A DNA stretch of 63,348 nucleotides, filler included, from Octopus bimaculoides (taxonomy: Eukaryota): NCBI RefSeq assembly GCF_001194135.2. It is 6 parts of 4 records of this genome, joined end to end, with 100 filler letters (N's around TTAATTAATTAA, not from the genome) between each part and the next. Parts side by side here need not be neighbours in the genome. Positions count along the whole stretch, not along the records: positions 55,847 to 63,348 come from NC_068984.1; 5 more parts are not named here. The stretch is one strand, 5' to 3'. This document shows, piece by piece, positions 63,257 through 63,348 of the stretch. A program made the translations under genes and the position numbers. Each line of letters begins with the position of its first letter. Position 1 is the stretch's first letter. The notes beneath the pieces were generated by a model. It worked only from the letters and a program-made list of their open reading frames with translations. It did not search any database and had not been told where the DNA came from.

Positions 63257-63348
63257 CTCTTTATAAATGTTCTGAAGACTATGTATATATGCATAAATAT
63301 ATACATATATACATACATATATATACGTATATATATATATATATATAT

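Overview
Eukaryotic, AT-rich, repeat-dense draft-assembly sequence with many N gaps. The SINE, LINE and microsatellite repertoire points to a cephalopod, probably Octopus (inference). The one firmly supported host gene is an EDEM3-like GH47 alpha-mannosidase on the minus strand. Three consecutive coding exons (21737-21820, 16906-16989, 14359-14483) splice in frame to [28 protein letters not shown]|[28 protein letters not shown]|[41 protein letters not shown](Q/H). The provided ORF track misses all three, and I found no flanking exons in the window. A candidate plus-strand fibronectin type III exon lies at 1145-1276. The rest is mostly decayed mobile DNA: a Ty3/Gypsy element with two LTRs, RTE and CR1/L2-like LINE pieces, R4/Dong-like RLE retrotransposon pieces at (AAT)n tracts, Tc1 and mariner elements with TIRs, Penelope GIY-YIG relics, tRNA-derived SINEs and foldback elements. 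Most interesting observations: (1) several minimal type I hammerhead ribozyme motifs with different palindromic stem III sequences (16228, 51499, 52326, 63209; decayed at 886 and 8026), one with a long stem II insertion; (2) a switch from CpG-decayed to CpG-retaining copies of the same SINEs at about 26 kb, coinciding with a synthetic scaffold linker; (3) a genomic Gln/His codon at an Arg position of the EDEMs I recall, which A-to-I editing could restore; (4) long inverted repeats in the EDEM3 introns. No CRISPR, rRNA or true tRNA genes were seen. All structural and homology calls were made by eye and need computational confirmation.
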